NCBI GenBank assembly: GCA_963514005.1
Contig: OY740804.1
Location: 41,850,001-41,914,000 of the forward strand
Direction: 5' to 3'
DNA from: Raja brachyura
Lineage: Eukaryota
DNA length: 64,000 nt
The position numbers and the translations under genes are program-made. The notes beneath the pieces were generated by a model that saw nothing but the letters and a program-made list of their open reading frames with translations, did no database searches and was not told the origin of the DNA. Each line of letters begins with the position of its first letter. Position 1 is the first letter of the stretch. Below are positions 1 through 12,963 of the stretch, piece by piece.

Positions 1-3000
1 ACACATTACCGAAGGTCCATGGGGTATGCCATGAAACTAGTTTGAGACCTAATGCCCCTGGTTTGTCCTGGTTAATTAAATCATAAACATCAAATATTTA
101 TTAGCAGATGTAACCATCCTGTCCAGTCGCAATTTATGTAGTGACTGGACCCGTTGCACTGTGACCAGTGCCATGAGGATAACTACCTTATGGGAGCCGG
201 CTAAAGATAAGGATGTAGTTGGCACAGTTAATGGCACTATAACTTAATTATTGTCAAAGACCCATTTGAAAACGAACTCCAAGACGTCAGTTATCCGTGC
301 TGTATTATATGTAACATGTGTATTTAAACAAAAATACTTCCCATCTCCTGAAGAGGAAATGTACTACCTTTTTTGGTGCTATCACTGCACTCTACAGTGA
401 GCACTACATGAATCGGTTTGCAACCCGAGCCGCAGGAACAGTCGTCTCAGAGTCTGCAAGTCAATTAATTGATTTATCATGCAGAGGCTGGTTTCCCGAG
501 TCACAGGCTGAACCAGCAAAGTTTTATGTTTAGAATAACCATATAAGTTTCTATATTATTCCCAACTTTAGCAGGAACCATGTCAGTATGCCAGTCAGGC
601 AGTTCAAAAAGCCTGAAGCAGTATCTTGCTGGATTTATTGCAAGATCCAACTGATGAGGCAGAATGGGGGAAAGACATGCAAGAACATTCCTCCCCAGTC
701 TGGCGATAATGTATCTCTCGCCACTGTATGCCACATATTTTGCAACTGGTGAATGAGCCTGGATGTAAACATATCGATATTCGGTTTTCCATCGAGCCAT
801 AATGACATTAAATACTTTGTGATCCAACATCCATTCTGTGTTGTCATTGATTTCGCGTGATGATACAATAGCATCAAATGCGGTTAGGTAAATATCACTG
901 GATACTTTAACTTGATTGCACCCATGTGACTAACATATGCCACCACCATAGTGTATCAACTTGGAGTTGAGCATGCAGATTATGCATATTCGCACAATAA
1001 CCTTTAACCTATAGAATGCACCTAGTGTTCATAGGTAGTTGATACCAATAACTGAAAAATTGGTAACTCATGCAAACGCATCCGCCTCCATAACTGGGGA
1101 TGGCATTCATAATTATTCATCTTTGAGCACTAGCATCAGTTTTTAATTACTGAAGATTACTGACCAAAATTACTGGAGCAATGCTGAATACTGCCACCAT
1201 TGTGACTTTGTTAGTTTCAGCTGGGAATAGCATAGGTCTGTTAATAATGACCTATATGGTACTAGTGAGGTTAATTCTTTGCACGTTGTAAGTTCTGATA
1301 ATGCAAAGGCCCAAATTGCGCAGCTGACAGCTACTATTGCCAATTACACTTGATGAATAGAAGGTTGCTTCATAACAAAGAGGTTGTTACAGGCTTCTGT
1401 TAATTCCAATCTCTTGTCCCAGGGCGGAGTTACTGTTAAGTTGATAGTTAAAGGTAAATCCGAATAATCAATAGTTCTGATTGGTATCAACTTAAATTTA
1501 ACTGGATGGATGAGGAACCCCAATTTCTCAAATATTGTTTAGGGCTGCAACAGTTAATTTTAGTAAAAACAGCGTTTAAAACATCATCCAGATAGGCGAG
1601 AACAAATGTTCTTGAGCTCTGAGCAGCCCAAGCACCGGTTTTAGTAATTTGGTAAATAAACCTGGGAGCTGAAGTTAGCCCATTTTGCAACACTTTAACT
1701 GTTATCATTGCCCCATCTAGATAAATTTCAAATATCTCCGGTGATCCCTGTGAATGGGAACTGAATAGCATGCATCTTTGAGATCAATGCTTGCCATATA
1801 GCTCCTATAGAAATCAATTGTTAGATAGTAATGAAGTTTCCTATTCTGAAAGTCTACACTGTACATACGAGTTAAATCTGGATGAAGTGACTTCCTCCAT
1901 CTTTCACCTTGTCCTGAAAGGCAATCCTGGCCATAATACTGGGCCTGCCTCAAAAGACAACTCTGGCCCCAAGTCCAAGCCTGCTTGGAACATTTGTATG
2001 ATGTGCAGTATAATTTAATCACATGTTATCATCAGTTTTTTTAAAACAGATCTAAATCTCATGTTATCATTGTCACTTGTACAAAAACAGAAGTGTAAAT
2101 ATTACCAACTTGTAAATGGTCCACAACCCCATGTATTGGAAGAACCAGGCCCACCTACCTCCATGGTTACCGGTGGTCTGAAGGTAAGCCCAAAGGCCGC
2201 TGATGCGGGTTCTTTTTCCGTCCTTGATTGGAGAGTAGGACTGGTAGGGTGCGTGGATTCCATATTTTCCCTGAGACCGGCTTGGGCCTTGGTCTGAAAC
2301 CCACATCATACTGAGCCTGCCTCGAAAGACAACTCTGCCCATATTTCCGTGCCCAGATTTCAAGCTGCCACCAGCTTCAGTGAACCGCTTACCCCCGATG
2401 GAGGCGTGGGGTGTGTCGTCGCCTACCGATGCAGCTTTGCTCATCGTCGGTACCTTGATTAGTCCGACAGCTTTTGCTTCCTCATCCTGGTCGTACCTGT
2501 GGGATAAGTCTTACCTGAAGAGAGGATTCGGCGGCTGGTTTCATTTCCTGGATTTCATGCCCCTCCATTGTCACCCTGATAGCGCTGTTCACTGCCGGCA
2601 CTTGTAGCGTGAGGGAACTCTGGCCCCTTCCGGGTATTCTGCCAACGGCTGGAGACCAACTCTTCCGGCAGCAACACCTTCGTTTGCGAGTATCTCTTGA
2701 AGCCACATGCATGTGCTCCAGTATGTTCCACCGACATACTTTCAATTTTGAAGTCAGTTACACACTGACCGCTCGCACTCCCCTCCACAGTGAGGGAGAT
2801 TTATAGGCAGCGCTGAAAACAGGTGCTGCCACAGGCCCCTGAGGATACCTGCGCTGACATGGCCCCTCCTACGGACCTGTATCAGGATTTGTGCTCTGAG
2901 TCAGACAGCAACTGACCCCGAATGCTCCCCTCCTCAGAGAGGGAGACATTGTGCAGCCCTGAAACAGGTGCAGCTGCCGTGCGCCCCCGAGGAGACCTGT

Positions 3001-3588
3001 GCTGATCACTCCCTCCTTTGGAGCATCATTGTGGAGCAACCTCTCCATCAGGTGCTCCATGTGGGTTTAGACGTCCACAGACGCTACCCATTGAAGGAGG
3101 GGAACCCTCCTGGCCTGACTCCCCTGGTTCACAGGCCTGACCGACTTACGTTTGGTTTTACCCCCTCCTGGGGACCCACAGCGGTGTGGAAGTGGGTGAC
3201 CGCTATATGTTGGAGGGGTCTCTCCTGGCCAGACTTCCACAGGCCTGCCTGACTTGCTGTTGGTTTTACCCCCTTCCTGGGAACCACAGCCGGTCTGGAA
3301 GCCGCTGACTGCGCTGTCAGTGACTTGGGTGGCGAACCCGGCGGCCACCGGCTACCCGCACGTCCGTGGTCTCTGTAGCCGGTTCCCCCTGGTCCCGGTG
3401 TCCGTGGTCTGAGACCGGGATTCCCCGCGGTCCATAACCGGTTTCGCGGCCCGTCCAGACTTCGGCCCGAATTAGTCCAGCAGGAAAATCTCTGTATTCA
3501 GATTCCTGCAGAAAAAAAAAAAGCAAAACCTGGGAATAAGGTGAAAACTTACCTTCAGGTTTAAACTCACGTGACTCCGAAGTAAAAT
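1..3588 (-). mobile_element. Decayed DIRS-like (tyrosine-recombinase) retrotransposon, running off the left edge of the window
   Basis: Minus-strand fragments in DIRS order. RT: YMASIDLKDACYSVPIHRDHRRYLKF (1717-1810) and LAYLDDVL (~1580-1600). RNase H-like remnants at ~900-1150. Methyltransferase-like motifs KPNIDMFTSRL...FPPFCLI (635-877). Gag-like region ~2400-3100. Many stops and frameshifts. Confidence 0.8.
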
Positions 3589-4248
3589 TCCCTGTTCATG
3601 GCTGATTTATCTATCCCTCACAACATCGTTCTCCTGCTTTCTCCCCATACCTTTGACACTCTTACCAAGCACGAACCTGTAAATTTCCACTTTAAAAATG
3701 CCCAATAACAGCCTCCACAGCCGTCTGGATAGCATGCTGATCAAGCACTTCACTGTATCCCTGGCCACGTGACCATAAATAAATTAAACTAAACTAACCT
3801 CCACCAAACCTCTTCTACCCTCAGCACTTGGTTTCCTGGGTTCCCGTCCAGCAGCATTTGTGATTAATTAAGGAGCACCATCCTTGTGCAAGTGTAAAAC
3901 CCTCTTGCCTTGACTACACTGATGATTCAATGGGCAGAACATGTCAATGACCCCAGAGGATGTTGGTTGGTCTTTGTCTACCTGAACAGTTGCTAATGCT
4001 GATGCTCATGTCTGGTCTGTGTAACGGACCGGAACAACCTGTTAGGGTCTTGGACAGAATGGTTCCCAAACCAAGCTGCAATGCAACCCAACAGTATATT
4101 TCCATGGTGCATGTCAAGAAGTTTTTAAGAGCCGATGGACCCATTTAAAAGTAGTCTGAGAACCAACGAGGCCTTCTCTGGAATGGTAAATATTTCAGAG
4201 GACAATTCAGGTGGAAATATTTAGCAAGAGATTTGAAATCATGATTTA

Positions 4249-4906
4249 AGGGCCTGTCCCGCTTAGGCAATCTTTTTTGCGACAGTCGGAAAATAGGCTG
4301 TTGCCACATGGTTGCGGGGTGACGCGGGTGATGCCTGTATTGTCCTGAGCTGTCTCCTCAAGTGTCAGCACTTTTTTCTTTTCGCCACTGGATTTTGAAA
4401 TGTTCAAAACCTTTTGCCGACAGTGGGCTTGACGTGGCCTGTCTTCTTCTGTCGTAGGTGCTGTCGTAGGTTGTCGTAGGTTGTCGTAGGTTGTCGCCAG
4501 AATGACGCCAGGATGACGTAGGTTGTCGCCGGGTGCTGACTTTAGTGAATTCCATTGGCGACTACCTACGTCAACCTATGTTAACCGGCGACAGGTACCG
4601 GCGACTGAATTGTCTTCAGTTGTCTTCGGTTGTCGCCGAAGGTGGAGGTAAGTTGACTTCAGGTGTCGTAGGTTCTTGCCTGCGTGGTCGAAGGTTGTCG
4701 TAGGTGTGGTTGTAGGTGGACGCCCCAAGTCGGGAGGAATTGTGTCGCCGGTTGACGTAGCTTGTCCTAGCTTGATGTCGACTAGGTGGTAACTTGCCGT
4801 AGACATTGTCGTAGGGCGGGTCAGGAGAAGCCGTTTTTTCGGCATCCCGCTCTGACTGTGACTGTTGCGGCAGTCGCCTAAAAATCGCCTAAGTGGGACA
4901 GGCCCT
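4249..4906. mobile_element. PIF/Harbinger-type MITE
   Basis: TIRs AGGGCCTGTCCC...GGGACAGGCCCT; TTA target duplication at 4246-4248 and 4907-4909; internal GTTGTCGTAG subrepeats. Confidence 0.85.
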
Positions 4907-5502
4907 TTACCACTCACATTAGCAACACTGTTTTAATGAGGAAATCATAGTATTTTAGTAGTAATTTACACCAAGCATGCAAATAGACTTAAGATAGACA
5001 TAAAATGCCGGTGTAACTCAGCGGGACCAGCAATATCCCTGGAGAGAAGGAATGGGTGAAATTTTGGGTTGAGACTCTTCATCAGACTGAGAGTCAGGGG
5101 ATAGGGGAACTAGAGATAGCAGGGCACAAAGAGCAAGTGAGGTGTGAAAGGGATAGATCAAAGCAGACAACGTTCAAGGAAATGTGGGATGGTTCATTGT
5201 CGGCTGAGAGGAAGTTGGCAACGAGGCATCCAAACAGTAAATTTAATCCGGAGGACAGTGAAACAAGTTGGAAAACAAGGGTGGAGGAGGGACGAAGAGA
5301 GAGTTACTTGAAGTTCGAGAAATCAATATTCATACTGCTGGGTTGAAAGCAGCCCAAGCAAAATATGACGTGCTGCTCCTCCAATTTGCATTTGGCCTCA
5401 CTGTGATAGTGAAGGAGGCTCAGGACAGAATGGTGAGTGTGGGAATGAGAAGAGTTAAAGTGTTTGGCAACTGAGAGATCACATAGGCCAAGACAGACTG
5501 AT

Positions 5503-5943
5503 CATAGAAACAGGAAAATAGGTGCAGGAGTAGGCCATTCGGCCCTTCGGGTCAGCACCGCCATTCAATAAGATCATGGCTGATCATCTAAAATCCATTC
5601 CTGCTTTTTCCCCATATCCCTTGATTCCTTTAAACCTAAGAGCTAAATGTAACTCTCTCTTGAAAACATCCAGTGAATTGGCCTCCACTGCCTTCTGTGG
5701 CAGAGAATTCCACAGATTCACAACTCTGTAAGAGGTGTAAAAGGTTTTCCTCATATCAGTCCTAAATGGCCTACCCCTTATTCTTAAACTATGACCCCTT
5801 GTTCTGGACTCCCCCAACATCGGGAATTTTTTTCCTGCATCTAGCCTGTCCAGTCCTTTAAGAATTTTATATATTTCTATAAGATCCCCTCTCATCCTTC
5901 TAAATTCCAGTGAAAACAAGCCCAGTCACCCCATTCTTTCATT
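5503..5943 (-). mobile_element. CR1 LINE 3' fragment inserted in the Penelope element
   Basis: FSLEFRRMRGDLIEIYKILKG...RVVNLWNSLP, followed by the CR1 3' UTR and TTTCTATG tail. Confidence 0.9.
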
Positions 5944-6442
5944 CTGACCCATTCGGATTGAAGGTTTTCAGCGAAACGATCGCCCAGTCTGCATTTGGTT
6001 TCACCGATATATAGGAGTCCACACCTTGAACAGTGGATTCAGTAGATGAGGCTGGGGGAGGTGCATCTCTGCATAACCTTAAAGAACTGTCCGGGCCCCT
6101 GGACAGAGTCAAGGAAGGAGGTATAGGGACAGGTGCTGCATCTTCTGCAGATGCACGAAAATATACATGGGGAGGGGGTGCTTTGGGTGGGAAACGGTAA
6201 ATTAGGCAGGGAGTTGCAGAGGGAACAGTCTCTACGGAAAGTGGAAAGGGGTGGAGATGAAAATACATGGCTAGTGGTGGGATCCCGTTGGAGGTAGCAG
6301 AAATGTGGGAGGATTATGTGCTGCATGCGATGGCTGATGGGGTGAAAGGTGAGGACTAGGGGGACTCTGTCCCTGTTGCGACTGGAGGGAGAGGGTGCAA
6401 GAGCAGAGCTGCGAAGTACCAAGGAGACACGAGTGAGGGTTT

Positions 6443-6766
6443 CATTTAGTTTTAGAGATGCAGCGCGGAAACAGGCCCTTTCGGCCCACTGGGTCCATGC
6501 CGACCAGCGATCCCTGCATATTAACACTACCCTATACCCACTAGGGACATTTTGTTTTTACATTTACCAAGCCAATTAACTTATCAACCTATCCATACAT
6601 CTTTGGAGTGTGGGAGGAAACCGAAGATCTCGGAGAAAACCCACGCAGGTCACGGGGAGAACGTACAAACACCATACAGACAGCAAACATGATCGGGATC
6701 GAACGCAGGTCTCCGGCGCTGGACTCGCTGTAAGGCAGCAACACTACTGCTGCGCCACTGTGCCAC
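6443..6766 (-). mobile_element. tRNA-derived SINE inserted in the Penelope element
   Basis: Minus-strand head GGTGGCACAGTGGCGCAGCAGTAG, central ...GTTCTCCCCGTGACC..., CR1-like tail ending CTAAAACTAAA. Confidence 0.85.
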
Positions 6767-8709
6767 CCTATGATAGAATAGGGGAACTCCCATTCACTAA
6801 AGAATGAGGACATCTCAGATGTCCTGGTATGGAACACCTCATCTTGGGCGCAGATGCAGCGTAGTCTGAGGAATTGGGAGTAGGGATAGAATCTTTGCAG
6901 GAAGCAGGATGGGAAGAAGTGTAGTAGAGATAGTTGAAAGAATCAGTAGGTTTGTAATAGACGTCAGTCAATAGTCTATTCCCTGCGATGGAGACTGTAA
7001 GATCAAGAAAGGGGAGGGAGGCGTCAGAGATGGTCCAAATAAATTTGAGTGCAGGATGGAAATTGGCAGTGAAGTTGATGAAGTCCATGAGTTCTGCATG
7101 GGTGCAGGAGGTAGCACCGATGCAGTCATCAATGTAGTGGAGATTGAGTCCGGGATAGGGCCAGTGTATGCCTGGAACATAATTTGTTCAACGTACCCTA
7201 CAAAGAGGCAGGCGTAGCTGTGGACATGCAAGTGCCCATGGCTATGGCTTGGAATTGCATGAGGTGGGAGGAGTCCAAGGAGAAGTTGTTGAGATTAAGG
7301 ATCAGCTAGGCAGATGAAAATTTTGGTCGAAGGAACTTGGCTGGTTCTGCAGTCGAGGGAGAAATGGAAGGCTTTAAGGCCTTCCTGGTGGGGGATGGAG
7401 GTGTAGAGTGACTGTACATCCATAGAAAAGATGAGTGAGTGAGGGCCTGGAAAACAGACGTCATTAAAGTCATCAGACTTGGCTGCGACAAATATTGAAA
7501 TAACAGATCTGCAGACATGCTTATCTCAGGACGAAGCCACTGAACACTACCAGACACAAGATTTATGAATGAAAAATACTCGCAGGCTCATTAAAGCTTT
7601 ATCTTGGTTGAAACGGATTGTGGGTGACAATATGCATAACTCACTAGCTGCAAGATGAAAGTGAAGTGAAGGAGCTGGAACAGTGACCCAGTGCAATGCA
7701 TCCAGTAATGTTCGAAAGCCTTGTCCTGCTTTGAAGATTTCTACCCTCCCCACTCAGGCACTGTGAACTATAGAGCATAAAATGTACCTGTCAACAGGGA
7801 TACTGCAAACTAAATCTTAGATCAAGATGTCATAAATTATTTAATTGTCCATGAAACAAACTTGCAGAAAATTAACAATTAATATATGATTAAACTTGAC
7901 CCTTCTCCTCCTCAAGAAATCAGTGGTCAGTAGAAACTTGTATCTCTCACGTACTCTCCACAATAAAATATTATTTGAATTCAGTAATGACACCACTTGT
8001 TTTCTAAAGAATGTTGTTCTTGGATCAACACTTCCATAAACAGCGGAGTAAAATGGATCACTTTGCCAATTCTTGTTTTACAATTTGAATAGTCATCAGT
8101 CGGCAATGCTGGCAAACAAAACAGAGATCAGTAAAACAAAGCAATTTCTCACTGTTATTCAGTGCACTGAGTCTCGGCTGATTGTACTGTCTCAGTCTAT
8201 TATTTCCATTCAATTTCATTGGGTTTGTTTGGTGTAATTCCAAAATACCAGCATCTGCTTTTATTATTCATTTAAGCCACAGAGTTCCATGTTGGGGACC
8301 ATGACCCATTCTCCAAAGAAACCCACCGCCCCCACTCCATATCCTTCTTTCTGAAGAGGTCAGGGTAACATGGGAAGGGTGCATGCACAAAGACGTCTGC
8401 TGGAGAAAGGCACAATTTAAGGAGTCGATGTATGACCCATTATCACAGAGTTTGAATAAAGGACACGTCTTTCCCACGTCAGGGAACATAAGAATCTTTG
8501 GCCTCTGAGTACAATAACACATTATTTAGATTCCCAACTAACAACCAAACGCATAGACAATTGGTTTGAAGATGTGAACACAGGAAAATAGCAGCAAGAA
8601 TAGATTTGAATAGAAACATAATCAAACTCAAATCCCACTGCAGTCGAGGGGGTTTTCAAATTTAAGGTATTTATAGAATCTGGAAGTAAGTGCCTATATC
8701 AGCAAATGA

Positions 8710-8802
8710 CGCACAATGGCACAGTGGTAGAGTTGCTGCCTTACAGCACCTGAGACCTGGGTTAGATCCTGACTACGGGTGCTGTCTGTACGGAGGTTAT
8801 AC
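8710..8802 (+). mobile_element. 5' half of the SINE split by the ERV
   Basis: tRNA-like head GCACAATGGCACAGTGGTAGAG...CTGTACGGAGGTTATAC; it continues seamlessly at 23750. Confidence 0.85.
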
Positions 8803-9418
8803 TGTTGATTCCGGATCTAATACTATCCCTTAGCCTGGTTCAGTCAATCATTGAAACAAACACTTTGGAATCCAAACTCTTCTTTAATTGTAAATGGGAC
8901 CACAGGGCCGGACCTGGATCTACTCACTCAAGCCCTCAGCAGCCGCGTGTGAACAGAACAGAAGAAAGAGACAATCGGCACGCCCAAACAAATTACCTAC
9001 TCTTTTATACCCCTGAACGGGGTGGGGATAGTAAAGGCACAAAAATGCAATGGGAGGTGCATTCCTCCATGCCAATCACTTGTTACAGATAAGAGATCAC
9101 ATTAAGAGGTACTTACTCTGCTTACTTACAAACAATGTATACAAAAACACAACACACATACTACATATAAACACAGCATCCATTGCACAATCACAGAACA
9201 GGGTTTAGTGTTTGTTTAACGGAAACCCAGAATTGGTGACACCGAGGGCTTCTTTGGATCAGGAACAGTTGGGAGCTTCTTTACAAACCTAGACTTGATG
9301 ACAACATTTAATTACATGAGCCTCTTGCACCTGGTGTCTCTTAGTCACCTCAGCAAAGCTTGACCTTTTTCACGGAAGCCTGCCACGTCCAAAGTACACG
9401 AACCCCTGCATATCTACA
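8803..9418 (-). repeat. ERV 3' LTR (616 bp)
   Basis: Minus strand TGTAGATATG...AATCAACA; TATAAAA at ~9003-9009; ATTAAA at ~8883-8888; homologous to 20003-20123 plus 23297-23749. Confidence 0.92.
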
Positions 9419-9430
9419 TTCCCCTCTTTT
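9419..9430 (-). promoter_or_regulatory. Polypurine tract
   Basis: AAAAGAGGGGAA immediately before the TG of the 3' LTR. Confidence 0.9.
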
Positions 9431-9741
9431 ATCATTCCATGATAATCAGCTCTTTCCATAAAGGATTCCACTACATGATCTTTACAAGCAGGGTCCATGA
9501 TTCAGTCATCCAACAGTGATGATGATGGAGTTTCCATAAGTGTCTGCTTCCCGACTTTGCATGGGCACGGCAGATTCTCTGGCATTCGACCAAGAGGTCT
9601 TCACCTCCCGCCTTTGTATGGGCGTATATCTTCTTGGGCCCATCACATTAGCATACTTTCTTCCTGTGACTGGTTGTTCAAGGTATATGAATGGCAGCTG
9701 TGTCTAAGGGAGATTTCCCCCAAAAAGATAAAGTTAACAGT

Positions 9742-11735
9742 TTAAATCTTACAACTGACAATTTTACAATGGTGAAGGTGAACCCACGCATTTCTCACTT
9801 CTACCTCAGCAGCAGTCGGGGTTGTGAGGAGGACCTGATAAGGTCCATCCCACCGAGCATCCATACCTTTCCTTACCAATTTCTTCACCATCACAAAATC
9901 ACCAGGGCCAACTCTAGATGAGGCACATAAAGGTGGTAATTCAATATATGCCGCTTGCACCCTAGAATGTAAATATCTAAATACTTTAGTTAAGGATAGA
10001 ACATAATCAGTCATTTCTGTGGCCATATGATGGAAATGAATAACTTTTGGGGTACTCTGGATCCATGGGGTTCTGAGTGGACGACCTACACAATCTCTGC
10101 TGGGCTCAATCTTGCTCTTCCTGCTGGTGTAGTGCGTATCTGGAATAATGCTACAGGAAGTAATTTAAACCAGTTAATTCCCATTTCGGCTCTTAATTTA
10201 GCTAATTTAGTTTATAATATCTGGTTAGCTCGTTCAACAAGTCCAGCAGCCTGTGGTCGATAGGCGCAATGTAACTGCTGCTGGATGCCCATTTGCTCAC
10301 AGAACTCTCTATTTACTCGTCCTATAAAATGTGGACCATTCTCTAAACGTAGCCGAATTGGAATTCGGTATCTCGGAATAATCTCTCTCATGAGTACTTT
10401 GACCACTTTATTGTCCAATGTAGGATAAGCTTCAATCCATTTACTGAATACGTCCACAATTACTAACACATACTTATATCCCTGACATCTCTCCAACTCA
10501 ATGTAGTTCAACTGGAAGGTTTCAAAGGGACCTCCTACGGGTAAGGGAGTTTTCCCACTTCCACAGCTCATGCCTTTCCCTGGATTATGTTCCTGACAGG
10601 GCAGACAAAGACTACTAATTCTTTGAGCCAGAGTCTGCAACCTCGGATGCCACCATGTGGCTAATAGTGTATCGCTGGTTGCTCGGGCACCACAATCAGT
10701 TGCAAAGTTTACACAATCAATGACGCACATTGTCAGTCATACAGGTTTGTTCTGCCGAGGTAACCCACAGTCCCGACATACAATCAATTTTACACCCAAG
10801 TTAGACAAAAATGCTGGAGAAACACAGCGGGTGAGGCAGCATCTATGGAGCGAAGGAATAGGTGACGTTTCGGGTCGAAACCCTTCTTCAGACTCAATTT
10901 TACACCCAAGTTGCCTCCATATTTTTACATCTTTCTCAGGAGCGTTCCCCTGCAACCTAATGACGTCTTGGATAGTTGGCATTGGCTTTTCCAAGGGAGA
11001 CTTCTTTTTCTCTACCCTTTTCGTCTGCCTCATCATTTTAGGTACAACCACCTTGTGCTCCTGGGACATCTCCTTCACTTCCTGGTCAGCACGACGATTT
11101 CCTATATCTACTGGTGTTTGACCTTTCATATGGGCGCTACATTTCATCACAGAAATTTGTTTCAGCAACATTAAGGCTTGTAACGGGTCTGAAACAAATT
11201 TCTGGTGGGATATCCGAGTTCCTGCTGAAGTTAAGAATCCTCTATTTCTCCACAACTGGCCAAAGTCATGGACCACTCCAAAGGCATACCGGTATAGAGT
11301 CGGTATAAAAGTTCACTCTCAAATTCTCTCCTATGATACAGGCTCTTATTAAGGCAAACAGTTCTGATTCTATCTGTTCTTCCGGTTGGTTCATCAAGAA
11401 AGGATGCCAGGTTGATGTTAGTGCAATATTTGAACTGTAATTTGGGATTATTTAACAAGTATATTTCAGACTTGTTCTGGCGAGCCATGGTGAGGTGTTG
11501 AGTCTGCAGTTGTCCTAGCAAGGCAGCAACTGAATGAGAACTGTATACTATAATGTTCTGCTGTACGGTCAAATTAGCAGTTGATTGCAAGCAGTTGTAG
11601 ATCCCAGTCAGGATCTGTGTGCAGATGGGATGTCCTCGTGCCACAGGGTCAATCTTGGAGAAGTGGTAAGCTACTGGTCGATGCTTGTCTCCATGTTTCT
11701 GGGTTAGAACTGCAATGGACCAATCAGAAAGGATT
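9742..11735 (-). pseudogene. pol: ERV pol 3' part: connection/RNase H/integrase
   Basis: DPVARGHPICTQIL; VHDFGQLWRNRGFLTSAG; WWHPRL...CLPCQEHN; KYVLVIVDVFSKWIEAYP; HCAYRPQAAGLVERAN; [15 protein letters not shown]. Frameshifted, with IN catalytic motifs degraded (QLNY, LENG). Confidence 0.92.
10803..10893 (-). ncRNA. 91-bp Penelope pLTR-derived insertion carrying a minimal hammerhead ribozyme motif
   Basis: 19-bp direct repeat TCAATTTTACACCCAAGTT (10784-10802 and 10894-10912); minus strand CTGAAGA-A-GGGT-TTCG-ACCC-GAAAC-GTC. Confidence 0.8.
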
Positions 11736-12042
11736 GTACAGTATAGTAGAAACGGCCGATCATAAAATGTTTCAAGACTTCTTCAGACAATTGAAACTTG
11801 CTCCCCACACTAGTATATGACATCAATTTTTTAGTGTCCAGAGCAATGTTACTGTCGACAACATTATCTCATTTGCTTTGCTTCTCGTGGTGCAGGGAAT
11901 TCACAGATTGGTTCGGCTCAGCTGCTTTCCAGTCCGTTCGGTTGCTGATAGTTTGTATCAGGCCGGGCAACGTTAGTAGACCGCCTGATAGATAGATATG
12001 GCAAATTTGTTTAACTTTAATGGCATGGGTGCACTATACTTA

Positions 12043-12629
12043 AGGCCTGTCCCACCAGCACGCAACTATATGCGATGAACGCGATCAAACCGGCAGCGGG
12101 GGCCGCGCGGAGGTCGGGTGATCCCCTGTACAGGGCCGGTCCCACCAGCATGCGCCTGCATGCGGCAAGCGCAACTAAACCGGCAGTAGGGGCCGCGCGG
12201 AGGTTGGGTGAGTGGCGCAACGCGGCGCAAAGCGAGGCGAACTTGAAGCAAGTCCAAGGTAAGTTCACCAGGACTTAGAGGGGCACACAGAGAGGGGCAC
12301 CGAGACACACACACATACAGGGCCACGGAGCCACACACATAGAGGGTCACGAAGGCACTTACAAATAGTTTCACGGAGGCACGATGTCCGGGCGGTGTGT
12401 AAATGTCGCGGCGACTGCGAGCCGACAAACCGTTGCCGCGCGGGATTTTTGGACATTGTCGGTTTTTCGGAGCCCCGCGCGGCGTCTGGACGAACTCGGG
12501 ACGAACTCCGCACAATTCCGCACGGCTCCGGCGATCGAAGTGGGACCGGCCCCGCGACGCCGGACGGCTCAAGCGACCACGTTAGGTCGCGCTAATCGCA
12601 TCGAGTTGCATGCTGGTGGGACAGGCCCT
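12043..12629. mobile_element. PIF/Harbinger-type MITE
   Basis: TIRs AGGCCTGTCCCACCAGCA...TGCTGGTGGGACAGGCCCT; TTA TSDs at 12040-12042 and 12630-12632; same TIR family as 4249-4906. Confidence 0.85.
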
Positions 12630-12866
12630 TTACTCTTTAAGGGGGAAGGATGGAGATTAGCTTATGCATGCATCCAATCTTATATAGGTTAACATCACTA
12701 ACCCCACCTTACTGTATCATTTATATTAACACCCACTCCCTATGCTACGCAGTTCAGGTGGCAGACAGGACGCAGTGACAACTAGCATGCTACTGTGCTG
12801 TTAAGTCTGTATGTGGATTAAAGATGATCTTAAATTACATGCCGTGTATATGTCATATTTATACAC

Positions 12867-12963
12867 ACCAAGGAACTTCACCTTGTGCTGGGCCATTAAC
12901 ACCTTTGATGGGAGACTACATATCCCAATGTCGATAAATGATTTAATAGATGAGTTGAGCGGT
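12867..12963 (-). pseudogene. pol: ERV RT fragment just downstream of YVDD
   Basis: Reads KDTAQ/LLNHLSTLGYVVS/PSKVLMAQHKVKFLG across frameshifts; continuous with 15386 once the foldback is removed. Confidence 0.75.

Larger units (their letters stand above)
4993..7460 (-). mobile_element. Penelope-like retroelement (RT + GIY-YIG), interrupted by a CR1 fragment and a SINE
   Basis: RT thumb FHPALKFIWTISDASLPFLDL...TDVYYKPTDS (6768-7088). Linker RDRVPLVLTFHP...CRRCSTC (6039-6527). GIY-YIG remnants at ~5300-5500 and ~5945-6060. Degenerate hammerhead/pLTR end at ~5000-5090. Confidence 0.85.

Noticed and set aside
7460-8700. Unique sequence with an acceptor-like site near 8110 and short ORFs
   Set aside because: No recognisable protein and early stops; an unannotated exon cannot be excluded.
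8710-8790. tRNA-like sequences (also other SINE heads and the PBS)
   Set aside because: SINE heads and a primer binding site, not tRNA genes.
9431-9741. Possible env or accessory ORF after integrase
   Set aside because: Too short, with stops in all frames examined and no furin site, CX6CC motif or TM segment.
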